Position numbers and translations under genes: made by a program. Shown in pieces: positions 29,668-38,265 of a DNA stretch of 59,064 bases (the stretch's first letter is position 1; every line of letters begins with the position of its first letter). The DNA lies in assembly GCA_014239585.1 (NCBI GenBank), contig JAAZYP010000002.1, positions 1-59,064 of the forward strand. The letters are read 5' to 3'. Under the pieces are notes generated by a model. The model was given only the letters and a program-made list of their open reading frames with translations. It ran no database searches and was not told where the DNA came from. Origin of the DNA: Nanobdellota archaeon (GTDB taxonomy: Archaea; Nanobdellota; Nanobdellia; UBA10117; ARS21).

Positions 29668-30654
29668 TTAAGCTTCATCAATTCCTTTCTCAGTAATATT
29701 AAATATAATTTCACCTTCGGGAAGATAAGGTGAATCTACCAATCTCGCGACTCGTTTACCCGCTTTTCCTTTTCGTAAATAAATTCTAAATTGAGATGCA
29801 TGTCCGAGAATATGACCTCCAATTGCTTTAGTGGGATTACCAAAAAATACTGCAGGATTTGATTGAACTTGATTTGTCAAATAAATTGCCAAATTATGTT
29901 TATCTGCCATTCGTTGTAATGAATGTAAATGTCGATTCAACTTTTGTTGACGAACTGCAAGCGTACCTCTGCCGGCATATTCTGATCTAAATAAACTCAT
30001 TAATGAATCAACAATAATTAATCCAATATCTTTCCCGTGTTTATTAATTACTTCATCAACTTTATCGACGAGAAGCATTTGATGATCTGAAGTATAAGCT
30101 CGTGCAACCATAATTCGTGATAATATTTTTTTCGGATTCAATCCTCGCGTTTCACACATTTGAGTAATTCGTTCAGGTCTAAATGTATTTTCAGTATCGA
30201 TAAATAAAATATCTCGATTTAGTCCACCATCCTTTTTAGGAAGTTGACATGTAATCGCAAGCATCATCGCAAGCTGACTTTTACCTGACCCAAATTCTCC
30301 GAAAGCTTCAGTAATACTTTGAGTTTCAATTCCGCCACCTAATAGACCGTCAAAATCTTCCGATCCTGTAGTCATTCGTTCTATAGTTTTACGTCGCTCA
30401 ACTAGTTCAGTACCAGTGATAAATCCCATATCCATTGCGTTTCTCGCTGCAATTTGAGCTTTAGTTGCAGATGCTGCGCTCATTCCACTCGATTCAGAAA
30501 GTTCCGAAGTTGGTGCAACCGCGATAGACATGATTGTATCATATCCTGCATCCCTTAATTTATCTGCAGTCATCGGACCTACGCCAGGTAAATCTTCAAT
30601 TTCAATTTCACCATCTTCATGATTTTCTGTAACGTCTTCCTTTTTCTTAACCAT
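29668..30654 (-). CDS. radA: RadA recombinase
   Basis: N-terminal HhH (LPGVGPMTADKLRDAGY). Walker A GEFGSGKSQ, Walker B LIIVDS. Confidence 0.95.
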   Translation of the reverse strand: MVKKKEDVTENHEDGEIEIEDLPGVGPMTADKLRDAGYDTIMSIAVAPTSELSESSGMSAASATKAQIAARNAMDMGFITGTELVERRKTIERMTTGSEDFDGLLGGGIETQSITEAFGEFGSGKSQLAMMLAITCQLPKKDGGLNRDILFIDTENTFRPERITQMCETRGLNPKKILSRIMVARAYTSDHQMLLVDKVDEVINKHGKDIGLIIVDSLMSLFRSEYAGRGTLAVRQQKLNRHLHSLQRMADKHNLAIYLTNQVQSNPAVFFGNPTKAIGGHILGHASQFRIYLRKGKAGKRVARLVDSPYLPEGEIIFNITEKGIDEA

Positions 30655-31630
30655 TATTTAACCTCGCGATCATTTCGTCTGCGCTTTGAGTTTTAACTGA
30701 ATTGATAGTCATTTCAACACGATCATAATTTTTATTTTCCTTAATTATTCCCGAAACTTCAACCATTTTACCTAGCATTTCTAAACCAATATTCTCTCCA
30801 CCTTGTGCAGCAATTATATCTTTTAATGCATCAGCAGTTTCGCCAATTAATTTTTCTCCTAATTCACCAAAACAAGTTGCACGAATGTTTCCTTTACTAT
30901 CATCCAATACAAAATTCAAAATCATTGTTGTTTTTGGAGAATCAACTTTTCCGTGAGTTTGACATTCGTTAGATTCTGAAACTTTTCGACGACAATCCGT
31001 GCATGCATCATAAAATCTTGGTTCACTAATTGAAACAATTGTTCCTAAAATAGTAACGGGTGAACCCATTGTTGGATTAGATAAATCGGTTTCAACTGCC
31101 GCAACAGGAGCGTCAATATCAACATCTAATTTATCTTGATTAATTATGATTTGACTTCGACTATTCATCTGCAAATCTTTTCCAGTGTAACTATTTTCCT
31201 TAATTGAACAATTTTTAATTCTAATTACATCTCCAACTTTTAATCGATCCTTTGAGATTAATTCTGCACGTTTATCCCACAAGGTTGTTCGAATACTTCC
31301 AGTTGAGTCTTGAACCATAATTGGAATAAATGGAACGTCTCGCCCATCTCTTGCAAAACTTCGAGCGTCAAAAATTCGAGAAACTTTGGCAACCAATTCA
31401 ACACCACTCATTCCGGGATGAACGTCCTTAATTTGTAATACTTTTGTAGCTGGATCTTCAAATACCTTAACTGAATGTTCGGATGCAATCATAAATGCGG
31501 CACCGTCTCGCGAAATTATTTCATCAAATGCTTTCATTTTTTTGTCAATTTTGGCATTTACTTCCAATTCTGACATGCCACTTTGTGCAACAATTTTTTG
31601 GATAACTTCATCTAAAGGTATCTTTATCAT
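30647..31630 (-). CDS. rpa: replication protein A (RPA)-like OB-fold ssDNA-binding protein with a zinc ribbon
   Basis: Two OB-like repeats. CTDCRRKVSESNECQTHG zinc motif in the second. N-terminal helical domain as in euryarchaeal RPA. 8-nt overlap with radA. Confidence 0.8.
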   Translation of the reverse strand: MIKIPLDEVIQKIVAQSGMSELEVNAKIDKKMKAFDEIISRDGAAFMIASEHSVKVFEDPATKVLQIKDVHPGMSGVELVAKVSRIFDARSFARDGRDVPFIPIMVQDSTGSIRTTLWDKRAELISKDRLKVGDVIRIKNCSIKENSYTGKDLQMNSRSQIIINQDKLDVDIDAPVAAVETDLSNPTMGSPVTILGTIVSISEPRFYDACTDCRRKVSESNECQTHGKVDSPKTTMILNFVLDDSKGNIRATCFGELGEKLIGETADALKDIIAAQGGENIGLEMLGKMVEVSGIIKENKNYDRVEMTINSVKTQSADEMIARLNNG

Positions 31631-31649
31631 GGATTTTTCAGACTAAGTT

Positions 31650-32981
31650 CTATTTTAAGTCTTTGTCGTCTGAACTAACTGTACTCGTAAAAGTACTCAA
31701 AACTTTTCCTCTAATTGCAGTCGGATCCGCACCGCCATGCCATGAAAGTCGAGGTCTAATTCGCATAGGATAAATTTTTTCATTTGTATCATCCAAGATT
31801 ATACAAACTCCCTTTTCTCGCGGCAAATTGTCAAGATATTTTTGTAGATCGGAAGTAGTATATGTTTGCATAATTTCATTTAGCGCCTCAATATCAAATT
31901 TTGAGGTAACTCGGTGAGAAATTACAATATCGGACTGAGTCATAACATCAGTATGAATTTTACCTGGTTGTTGTGTTGCAAAAATAGTGGAAATTCCTGG
32001 TTGTCGACCTTCTCTAAGAATTTGTATTAACGGGTAACTCGCTAAAGTTTCGCCTTCGCGAGGTAAAAATTCATGAGCTTCATCAATGATTAATTGCAAT
32101 AATGGAATTTTACTTTCATGTTCGGCAAATAATGAACTTTCTTTCAATATTTGCATTTCTTCATCTTTCCGAGCATCCATTCGTGTTTTCAAAGTATGCG
32201 ATGCAACAAAACTAATTGCTAAAGCCTTTATTTTGTTTCCTCCATCCATTTGTGAATAAACACTCAAATCAATTATGTTTAAATTTCCTCCATCTAATAA
32301 TTCATCCAAATCAATTCCTTTCGGATCAAATAGCCCCCATTTTTCAACAAACGAAAAACGATTTTTCAATATTTTTTTCTCAGTATCGGCTACATCTTTA
32401 TCCAATTTAATTCCCGAGATCATATCTTCAATTGAAAATTCTCCGTCTTGCGACTCCAAAATTCTTTCCAATAACAATCCTTCTTCACTCAATATTTTAA
32501 TATCAAAAATTTCACACCATTGTTCAAATGAAACTTGTGAAGGTTTGATTGCAAAAGGTTTATCTACTGGAATTCCTCGATCATTAAGTTCGTCAAATTT
32601 TCCTATCGGTGCATAAATAATTGGAGACATTGAAGTCGGTTTTAATTGATGCTTATCCAAAAGATCAGTATCTTTAAAATTTGGATATTTCATTGTCCAA
32701 TAAATTCCCATTGTATCAAACAAAATTGTTGTTAAATTAGATTTTATTTCAGGAGGTAAATTTACAATTCCTTCGGCAATTACACCTAAAGTATAAGATT
32801 TACCTGAACCTCGCTTTCCTGCGACTAAGATTGAATGAGGTTTATTGACATCAAGATAAATCGGATTTGCCAGAACTTTATTTCGTTCCATCGTAACATA
32901 ATGTTTTCCTAAAAAAATTGTACCCTCTTTATCAAATTTTTTACGATCAGATGGACTTCGTCCTAGAATAATCTCATACAT
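31650..32981 (-). CDS. HerA-like (DUF87/FtsK-HerA superfamily) ATPase
   Basis: Walker A GKRGSGKSYT, Walker B LIIDEAHEF, C-terminal RPRLSWHGG. Sits 19 nt upstream of rpa on the same strand. Confidence 0.75.
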   Translation of the reverse strand: MYEIILGRSPSDRKKFDKEGTIFLGKHYVTMERNKVLANPIYLDVNKPHSILVAGKRGSGKSYTLGVIAEGIVNLPPEIKSNLTTILFDTMGIYWTMKYPNFKDTDLLDKHQLKPTSMSPIIYAPIGKFDELNDRGIPVDKPFAIKPSQVSFEQWCEIFDIKILSEEGLLLERILESQDGEFSIEDMISGIKLDKDVADTEKKILKNRFSFVEKWGLFDPKGIDLDELLDGGNLNIIDLSVYSQMDGGNKIKALAISFVASHTLKTRMDARKDEEMQILKESSLFAEHESKIPLLQLIIDEAHEFLPREGETLASYPLIQILREGRQPGISTIFATQQPGKIHTDVMTQSDIVISHRVTSKFDIEALNEIMQTYTTSDLQKYLDNLPREKGVCIILDDTNEKIYPMRIRPRLSWHGGADPTAIRGKVLSTFTSTVSSDDKDLK

Positions 32982-33271
32982 AAACTAGGAATAATCTTTT
33001 TCAATATAAGGTTAATGCTGTGATTATTTACTAAACCAACTATATGCCAATAAACTACCTGCGGCCAAATTAATCACAGAATGACCATACATTTGCTCAG
33101 CAGGAAGACCAAATCCTAACATGTATAAATGTGTACCAAACACAATTATAATTCCGAGATAATATGCCCAAGTTGCATTTCTACTTTTCATATTAAATTA
33201 TATTTTCAATTTAATATAAGAATTGCCCTAAGAAAAGATTTATTAAGCAAATTTATAACAGAAAACTGTGT

Positions 33272-33353
33272 GCCAACGTCGCATAATCTGGTATTGCGCT
33301 CGCCTCGAAAGCGAGTTCCTTCGGAATTGCAGGTTCGAATCCTGCCGTTGGCG
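33272..33353 (+). tRNA. tRNA-Ser (CGA)
   Basis: Acceptor GCCAACG/CGTTGGC. Anticodon arm CTCGC-CTCGAAA-GCGAG. Long variable arm TTCCTTCGGAATT. T-loop GGTTCGAATCC. Discriminator G. Confidence 0.85.
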
Positions 33354-33432
33354 TCTAACCTTTTAGTAAAAAGTTAGGGCAAAAAGTTCATAAAACTCTT
33401 AACGAAAAACAAATTTTTTTCATCAAAATCAA

Positions 33433-33669
33433 TTATTTCGATTTAGTAGTTTGAATAATTCTTCCAGTTGCATAATATAACTTTGCGAAATATAGTCCAA
33501 TCAATCCGATCACTAATGCCAACGGATTACTGTGCATAATTCCGATCAACAATAAATGTACTGCGCAAAACATCCACATAAAAAATCCAACAAATGCCGC
33601 CAATGTAATTAACATCAAATCAATTTTATTTGGTTGAGAATATTTATCCAAGGTTTTAATTATATTCAT
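33433..33669 (-). CDS. small two-TM membrane protein (hypothetical)
   Basis: 78-aa ORF with two long hydrophobic helices. Confidence 0.4.
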   Translation of the reverse strand: MNIIKTLDKYSQPNKIDLMLITLAAFVGFFMWMFCAVHLLLIGIMHSNPLALVIGLIGLYFAKLYYATGRIIQTTKSK

Positions 33670-33706
33670 AACTTAATCTGTTCGGTAAAATTAAAAAATA
33701 CATCGT

Positions 33707-34108
33707 TTATTCTCGATTTTTTATATTATGAAAATAAGTTTCTCGCGAAAGATAACTGATACTCTCAGGATCTTCAGAATTTAGATCATCTTCAATTAAA
33801 TCTCTTAAACCATATTTAATTCTATTCAAACAATTCAAACTATGCGCTAAATTTGATATAGGATAAATGGTATTTATTTTCTCAACAGTTTCTAATTTAT
33901 TCAATTTACGTCGCATTGAAGGTCGACTCGGAATATATTTTCGGTGATGCCCAATTGCATCTTGAAGTTGACCAATTGTTTTAGGTGAACGGTGTAGTTG
34001 CCTTAAAATTATATCCTCAACTGAAATTTTATTTTTAATTCTTTGTTCAAGTCGGACCTTCCAATCATTATTTTTTATCATAAGTGTTTCTATTAAAGTA
34101 ACACTCAT
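33707..34108 (-). CDS. hypothetical protein with a possible winged-helix segment
   Basis: 133 aa. ILRQLHRSPKTIGQLQDAIG...RRKLNKLETVEKI resembles a wHTH. No stronger motif. Confidence 0.4.
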   Translation of the reverse strand: MSVTLIETLMIKNNDWKVRLEQRIKNKISVEDIILRQLHRSPKTIGQLQDAIGHHRKYIPSRPSMRRKLNKLETVEKINTIYPISNLAHSLNCLNRIKYGLRDLIEDDLNSEDPESISYLSRETYFHNIKNRE

Positions 34109-34133
34109 TTAAAACAATTGTTCGGTACATCGA

Positions 34134-34583
34134 TTATTCAAAAGTTAATTCGTAATCAGATAATTCTAAATTCAGATTTTTATTTTCTCGAACATATTCT
34201 GCAAAATCACCAAATCGCGTAGCTAAATGCGTCATTTGATTATCCAAATTAGAATAATTTTGATTATCTGAAAACATAGTTTGCTCAGTAATTATTGCAT
34301 TATATAAATCACTTTCAGCGATATGAGTATCTCCCAAACTTGGTCCAAATCCAATAACCTTCTCTAAGCAATGATTAATTGAATCATTAACTTGTTGAAA
34401 TCTAGATTCAGCAGACATTTGGTTTGCCGAATTATTCGGATTTTCGGATTGAATATAAGCCCTAATTTGATTTGATGCAATCAAAAGATCTTTTTCAATA
34501 AGTTTGTAAGCATTGTTTTGCATATTGTCTTTTATTTCGAAAATTAATTCATTCGTTTCTTTTATTATTTCCATATTTTTCAT
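34134..34583 (-). CDS. acidic hypothetical protein
   Basis: 149-aa ORF, predicted helical, Asn/Glu-rich, no recognisable motif. Confidence 0.4.
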   Translation of the reverse strand: MKNMEIIKETNELIFEIKDNMQNNAYKLIEKDLLIASNQIRAYIQSENPNNSANQMSAESRFQQVNDSINHCLEKVIGFGPSLGDTHIAESDLYNAIITEQTMFSDNQNYSNLDNQMTHLATRFGDFAEYVRENKNLNLELSDYELTFE

Positions 34584-34594
34584 TTTATTATTAG

Positions 34595-34669
34595 CGCCCC
34601 CACCGAGATTTGAACTCGGGTCGCCAGGTTGAAAGCCTGGAATGATTGACCTAACTACACCATAGGGGC
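34595..34669 (-). tRNA. tRNA-Glu (UUC)
   Basis: The reverse complement gives acceptor GCCCCTA/TGGGGGC, anticodon arm CCAGG-CTTTCAA-CCTGG and T-loop AGTTCAAATCT. Confidence 0.9.
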
Positions 34670-34757
34670 GTGAGTTTGGCTCTAAATTGTTATTTTTAAA
34701 TGTTTCTTAAATCTCAAAATAGATTAGTTTTTTAAATCAAATCGCCAAAAGTTTATT

Positions 34758-34863
34758 GGGCGTGTAGCTTAGTCTGGTTAGAGCGCTGGTCTTATAAGAC
34801 CACTTTCGATTTAGGAAGTTCTAAGTATACCAGAGGTCGCAGGTTCAAATCCTGCCTCGCCCA
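34758..34863 (+). tRNA. tRNA-Ile (UAU) with an intron of about 31 nt in the anticodon loop
   Basis: Acceptor GGGCGTG/CTCGCCC (one T-T mismatch). The 5' anticodon stem CTGGT plus loop CTTATAA (34786-34797) is separated from the 3' stem ACCAG (34829-34833). Removing about 31 nt restores a 75-nt cloverleaf. Confidence 0.8.
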
Positions 34864-34896
34864 TAATATTTTATATCTTAATCACGAATTAAAATT

Positions 34897-36576
34897 ATGG
34901 ATAAATATCTAGATCTTGCAGCAAAATCAATCTCAAAAGCTTCGAACATAAATTTGATGGAAGTTAGAAAAATTATCGAAATTCCTCCAAATTCAAAATT
35001 AGGTGATATTTCATTTCCTTGTTTTTCAATAGCCGGTCGTCAAAAACCAGGAAATGTCGCATTAAACATCAGAAAAAAATTATCAGTTCCAAAAGTATTC
35101 AAAAAAGTTGAAGTTATGGGACCGTATCTCAACTTTTTTTTGAATAAACAAATTCTGGCGGAAGAAACAATAACTCAATCATTGAAAAAATCGTTTGGAA
35201 AAGGAACAGATAATAAAAAATATATATTAGATTTATTTCAAGCAAATCCGTTCAAAACATTCCATATAGGACATTTACGTAATGCGGCCTTGGGCGAAAG
35301 TTTGAGAAGAATTATTGAATATGACGGCGGAAAAACACGTGCAATTTCATATGTAGGTGATGTGGGAATACATATTGCGAAATGGATGTGGTATTTTGAA
35401 AAATTTTATCGGGGAAAAATTCCGAAAAAAGACGTTAGTAAATGGGCCGGTGAAATTTATGTGAAAGCAGTAAATAAAATTAATACAAATGAAGAAAAGT
35501 TCATGAACGAAGTAAATAAAATAAATTTGATGATTGATTCACGTGATCCTAAAATCATTAAAAATTGGAAAAAAATTAGAAATGCATGTTTTGATGATGC
35601 AGATCGAATTGCAAAACAATTAGGTGCAAAAGTAGATTTACGAATTTCGGAAAGTGAAGTCGAAGAAATCGGACGAAAAAGAGTTTTAGCATTATTAAAA
35701 TCGGGAAAAGTCAAAAAAGATCAAGGTGCAATAATTGCAAATTTAGAAAGATATAATCTTGGAGTTTTACTTTTGTTGAAGAGCGACGGTACAACATTAT
35801 ATTCAACTAAAGATATAGGACTTATATCCAAAAAACAAAAAATGGGAGGCGACCAATTTATTTACATTGTTGGGTCAGAACAAGAACAATATTTTAAACA
35901 ATTATTCAAGACATTTGAAATTCTAAAAATATCAAAAGAAAATAATAATAAACATGTATCCTACGGATTAGTTTCTTTGAAAGAAGGTAAAATGTCTTCT
36001 CGACTAGGAAATATAATTACATATGAGGATTTGCGAGATACAATGCAAACAAAAGCATTAGCGGGAGTCAAAAAGCATAATCCGAAATTATCTAAAACCA
36101 AATTAATTGATTTATCTACAAAAATCGCAACAGGTGCAATGATTTTTGGAATGTTAAAGTATAGTAATGTTAAGCCAGTAACTTTTGATACGGAAGGAGC
36201 TTTAAGATTCGAAGGAGATACTGGACCTTATCTACAATACTCATTAGTCCGTTCAGCCAGAATTTTACAAAAATCAAAACGAACATCTGGAAAACCAAAC
36301 TATAATTTACTTGAAGAATCAGATATGAATTTAGTGAGAACAATCGCAAAATTTCCGGCATCAGTTAGAAAATCAAGAGCACAATATCAACCATCCGTTG
36401 TTGCGAATTATGGATTGGAACTTGTGAAATCATTCAATCGATTTTATGAACAAAGTCAAGTTTTAAACTCTGAACCGAATGTTCGGCGAGCAAGACTAAA
36501 ATTAGTAAAAAGTTTCAATGAAACTTTAAAGAAAGTAATGCATTTGCTAGCTATACCTGAAGTCGAACAAATGTAA
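34897..36576 (+). CDS. argS: arginyl-tRNA synthetase
   Basis: HIGH region (FHIGHLRN), a KMSKS-like GKMSSRLGN, and a C-terminal anticodon-binding domain ending ...IPEVEQM. Confidence 0.95.
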   Translation: MDKYLDLAAKSISKASNINLMEVRKIIEIPPNSKLGDISFPCFSIAGRQKPGNVALNIRKKLSVPKVFKKVEVMGPYLNFFLNKQILAEETITQSLKKSFGKGTDNKKYILDLFQANPFKTFHIGHLRNAALGESLRRIIEYDGGKTRAISYVGDVGIHIAKWMWYFEKFYRGKIPKKDVSKWAGEIYVKAVNKINTNEEKFMNEVNKINLMIDSRDPKIIKNWKKIRNACFDDADRIAKQLGAKVDLRISESEVEEIGRKRVLALLKSGKVKKDQGAIIANLERYNLGVLLLLKSDGTTLYSTKDIGLISKKQKMGGDQFIYIVGSEQEQYFKQLFKTFEILKISKENNNKHVSYGLVSLKEGKMSSRLGNIITYEDLRDTMQTKALAGVKKHNPKLSKTKLIDLSTKIATGAMIFGMLKYSNVKPVTFDTEGALRFEGDTGPYLQYSLVRSARILQKSKRTSGKPNYNLLEESDMNLVRTIAKFPASVRKSRAQYQPSVVANYGLELVKSFNRFYEQSQVLNSEPNVRRARLKLVKSFNETLKKVMHLLAIPEVEQM

Positions 36577-36619
36577 TTTTAGAAATACTTATAAAACTAA
36601 TACTTAATCTAAAAGCAGA

Positions 36620-36739
36620 ATGAAACGTTCGTCTCGTAAGTGGAAAAAGAAGAACAAATCCGGATATCGTGGTAGATGGAAATGGTATCGGAAGAAGTTA
36701 AAGAAAAAGAAGAGACTACGTCGAATGAAGAGAACTTAA
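36620..36739 (+). CDS. 39-aa hyper-basic peptide, possibly ribosomal protein eL41-like
   Basis: [39 protein letters not shown]. The RKWKKK...WKW..KK..K..RLRR pattern recalls eL41/L41e peptides. Found by manual translation, as it is below the track cutoff. Confidence 0.45.
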   Translation: MKRSSRKWKKKNKSGYRGRWKWYRKKLKKKKRLRRMKRT

Positions 36740-37872
36740 TTTTTCAAATTAAGTTTAATTATTTTTTCCCAAGGGAATTTAGATCGACCGAAATGTCCGT
36801 AGGCAGCAGTCTTTTGGTAAATTGGTTTCTTCAAACCAAAGTATTCAATTATCTTTGCAGGAGTTAATGGAAAATTATTTTGTATAATTTCAATTAGTTC
36901 AGATTCAGATTTATCGCTCGTTCCAAAAGTATTAACTGAAATTGAAACAGGTTCAGCTACACCAATGGAATATGCAAGTTGAACTTCACATCGTTTAGCT
37001 AAATTATTTGCCACTAAATTTTTAGCAATAAAACGTGTGGCATATGCAGCACTTCTATCAACTTTTGAAGGATCTTTACCTGAAAATGCACCACCGCCAT
37101 GACGTCCCATACCACCATACGTATCTACAATAATCTTACGTCCAGTTAACCCCGCATCTGCCTCAGGACCACCAATAATAAACTTTCCAGTAGCATTAAT
37201 GTGATAATTGGTTTCAGAATCTAACCATTTACTACAGACCGGGTTGATGACATGTTCAATAATTTGCGATTTTATCTCATCATGTGTTATATTTTTATCG
37301 TGATGTATTGCAATAACAACAGTATCTAATCGAACAGGGTAACCATTTTCATATTCAATACTAACTTGAGCTTTTCCATCAGGTCTTGACCAAGGAAGCA
37401 TTCCATTTTTTCTTACTTCAGTTAATTTATGCGCCAATTTATGCGCCAAAGTAATCGGTAAAGGCATTAATTCTTCAGTTTCATCACACGCATAACCGAA
37501 CATCATTCCTTGATCGCCCGCACCTTGTTCAGAATGTAAACCCTCGGTTGAAGTAACACCTTGTGAAATGTCAGGACTTTGTTCATTTAAGGATACAATT
37601 ACACCACAATCTTGCCAATCCAATCCAAATTCAGGATTAGTATATCCAATATCGTTCAATGTTTTACGAACAACTTTTTGAATATCAACATAACCTTTCG
37701 TAGTAACTTCACCAGTAACAAAAATGAGCCCCTTTGTGGCAACTGTTTCCACCGCAACACGAGAATCCGGATCTTGTTTTAATAATTCATCTAAAATTGA
37801 ATCTGAAATTTGGTCGCAAATTTTATCTGGATGCCCTTCAGTTACTGATTCGGAAGTGAACAATTTCTTCAT
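36736..37872 (-). CDS. metK: S-adenosylmethionine synthetase, bacterial/eukaryotic MetK type
   Basis: [12 protein letters not shown] at the N-terminus, the [19 protein letters not shown] signature, and DTYGG. Confidence 0.95.
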   Translation of the reverse strand: MKKLFTSESVTEGHPDKICDQISDSILDELLKQDPDSRVAVETVATKGLIFVTGEVTTKGYVDIQKVVRKTLNDIGYTNPEFGLDWQDCGVIVSLNEQSPDISQGVTSTEGLHSEQGAGDQGMMFGYACDETEELMPLPITLAHKLAHKLTEVRKNGMLPWSRPDGKAQVSIEYENGYPVRLDTVVIAIHHDKNITHDEIKSQIIEHVINPVCSKWLDSETNYHINATGKFIIGGPEADAGLTGRKIIVDTYGGMGRHGGGAFSGKDPSKVDRSAAYATRFIAKNLVANNLAKRCEVQLAYSIGVAEPVSISVNTFGTSDKSESELIEIIQNNFPLTPAKIIEYFGLKKPIYQKTAAYGHFGRSKFPWEKIIKLNLKN

Positions 37873-37923
37873 AAATTTATTAGTGAGATAAACTTAAAAG
37901 CAGCACTTTAGAAACAATTTTAC

Positions 37924-38007
37924 GCATGAGTTCCGGAGCGGTCAAACGGGCAGGGTTAAGGACCCTGTGGCTTAGTGCCTTCGCAGGTTCGAATCCTGCC
38001 TCATGCA
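37924..38007 (+). tRNA. class II tRNA, Leu-like, apparent anticodon AAG
   Basis: Acceptor GCATGAG/CTCATGC. Discriminator A. Anticodon arm CAGGG-TTAAGGA-CCCTG. 15-nt variable arm. T-loop GGTTCGAATCC. Confidence 0.8.
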
Positions 38008-38265
38008 TTGTTTTGAAAAGCGATGCCAAAAACTAAAATGCCTTCTACCGTGGAGCTACGGTAGAAGACTAAAGGATTTCACCTTTTGTACAGGAGAGTA
38101 CTCAAAAGGAGCATCGTACATTTCTGCCATCTGACGCATATCGCGTCTAGCAAAAACGGTTTTTACATAGTCTTGCTCATAAGACTTTGCCCGAAGAAGT
38201 TGTCCGAAGTTCATAAGTTTAGTTCATTTGAACTATTAAAAGATCCACAAGAACTTGTCTAATAT

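Noticed and set aside
33129-33377. 82-aa plus-strand ORF
   Set aside because: It reads straight through tRNA-Ser(CGA) at 33272-33353. A 55-aa minus-strand membrane ORF (33024-33191) is the more plausible coding use of the left part, but it is too weakly supported to list.
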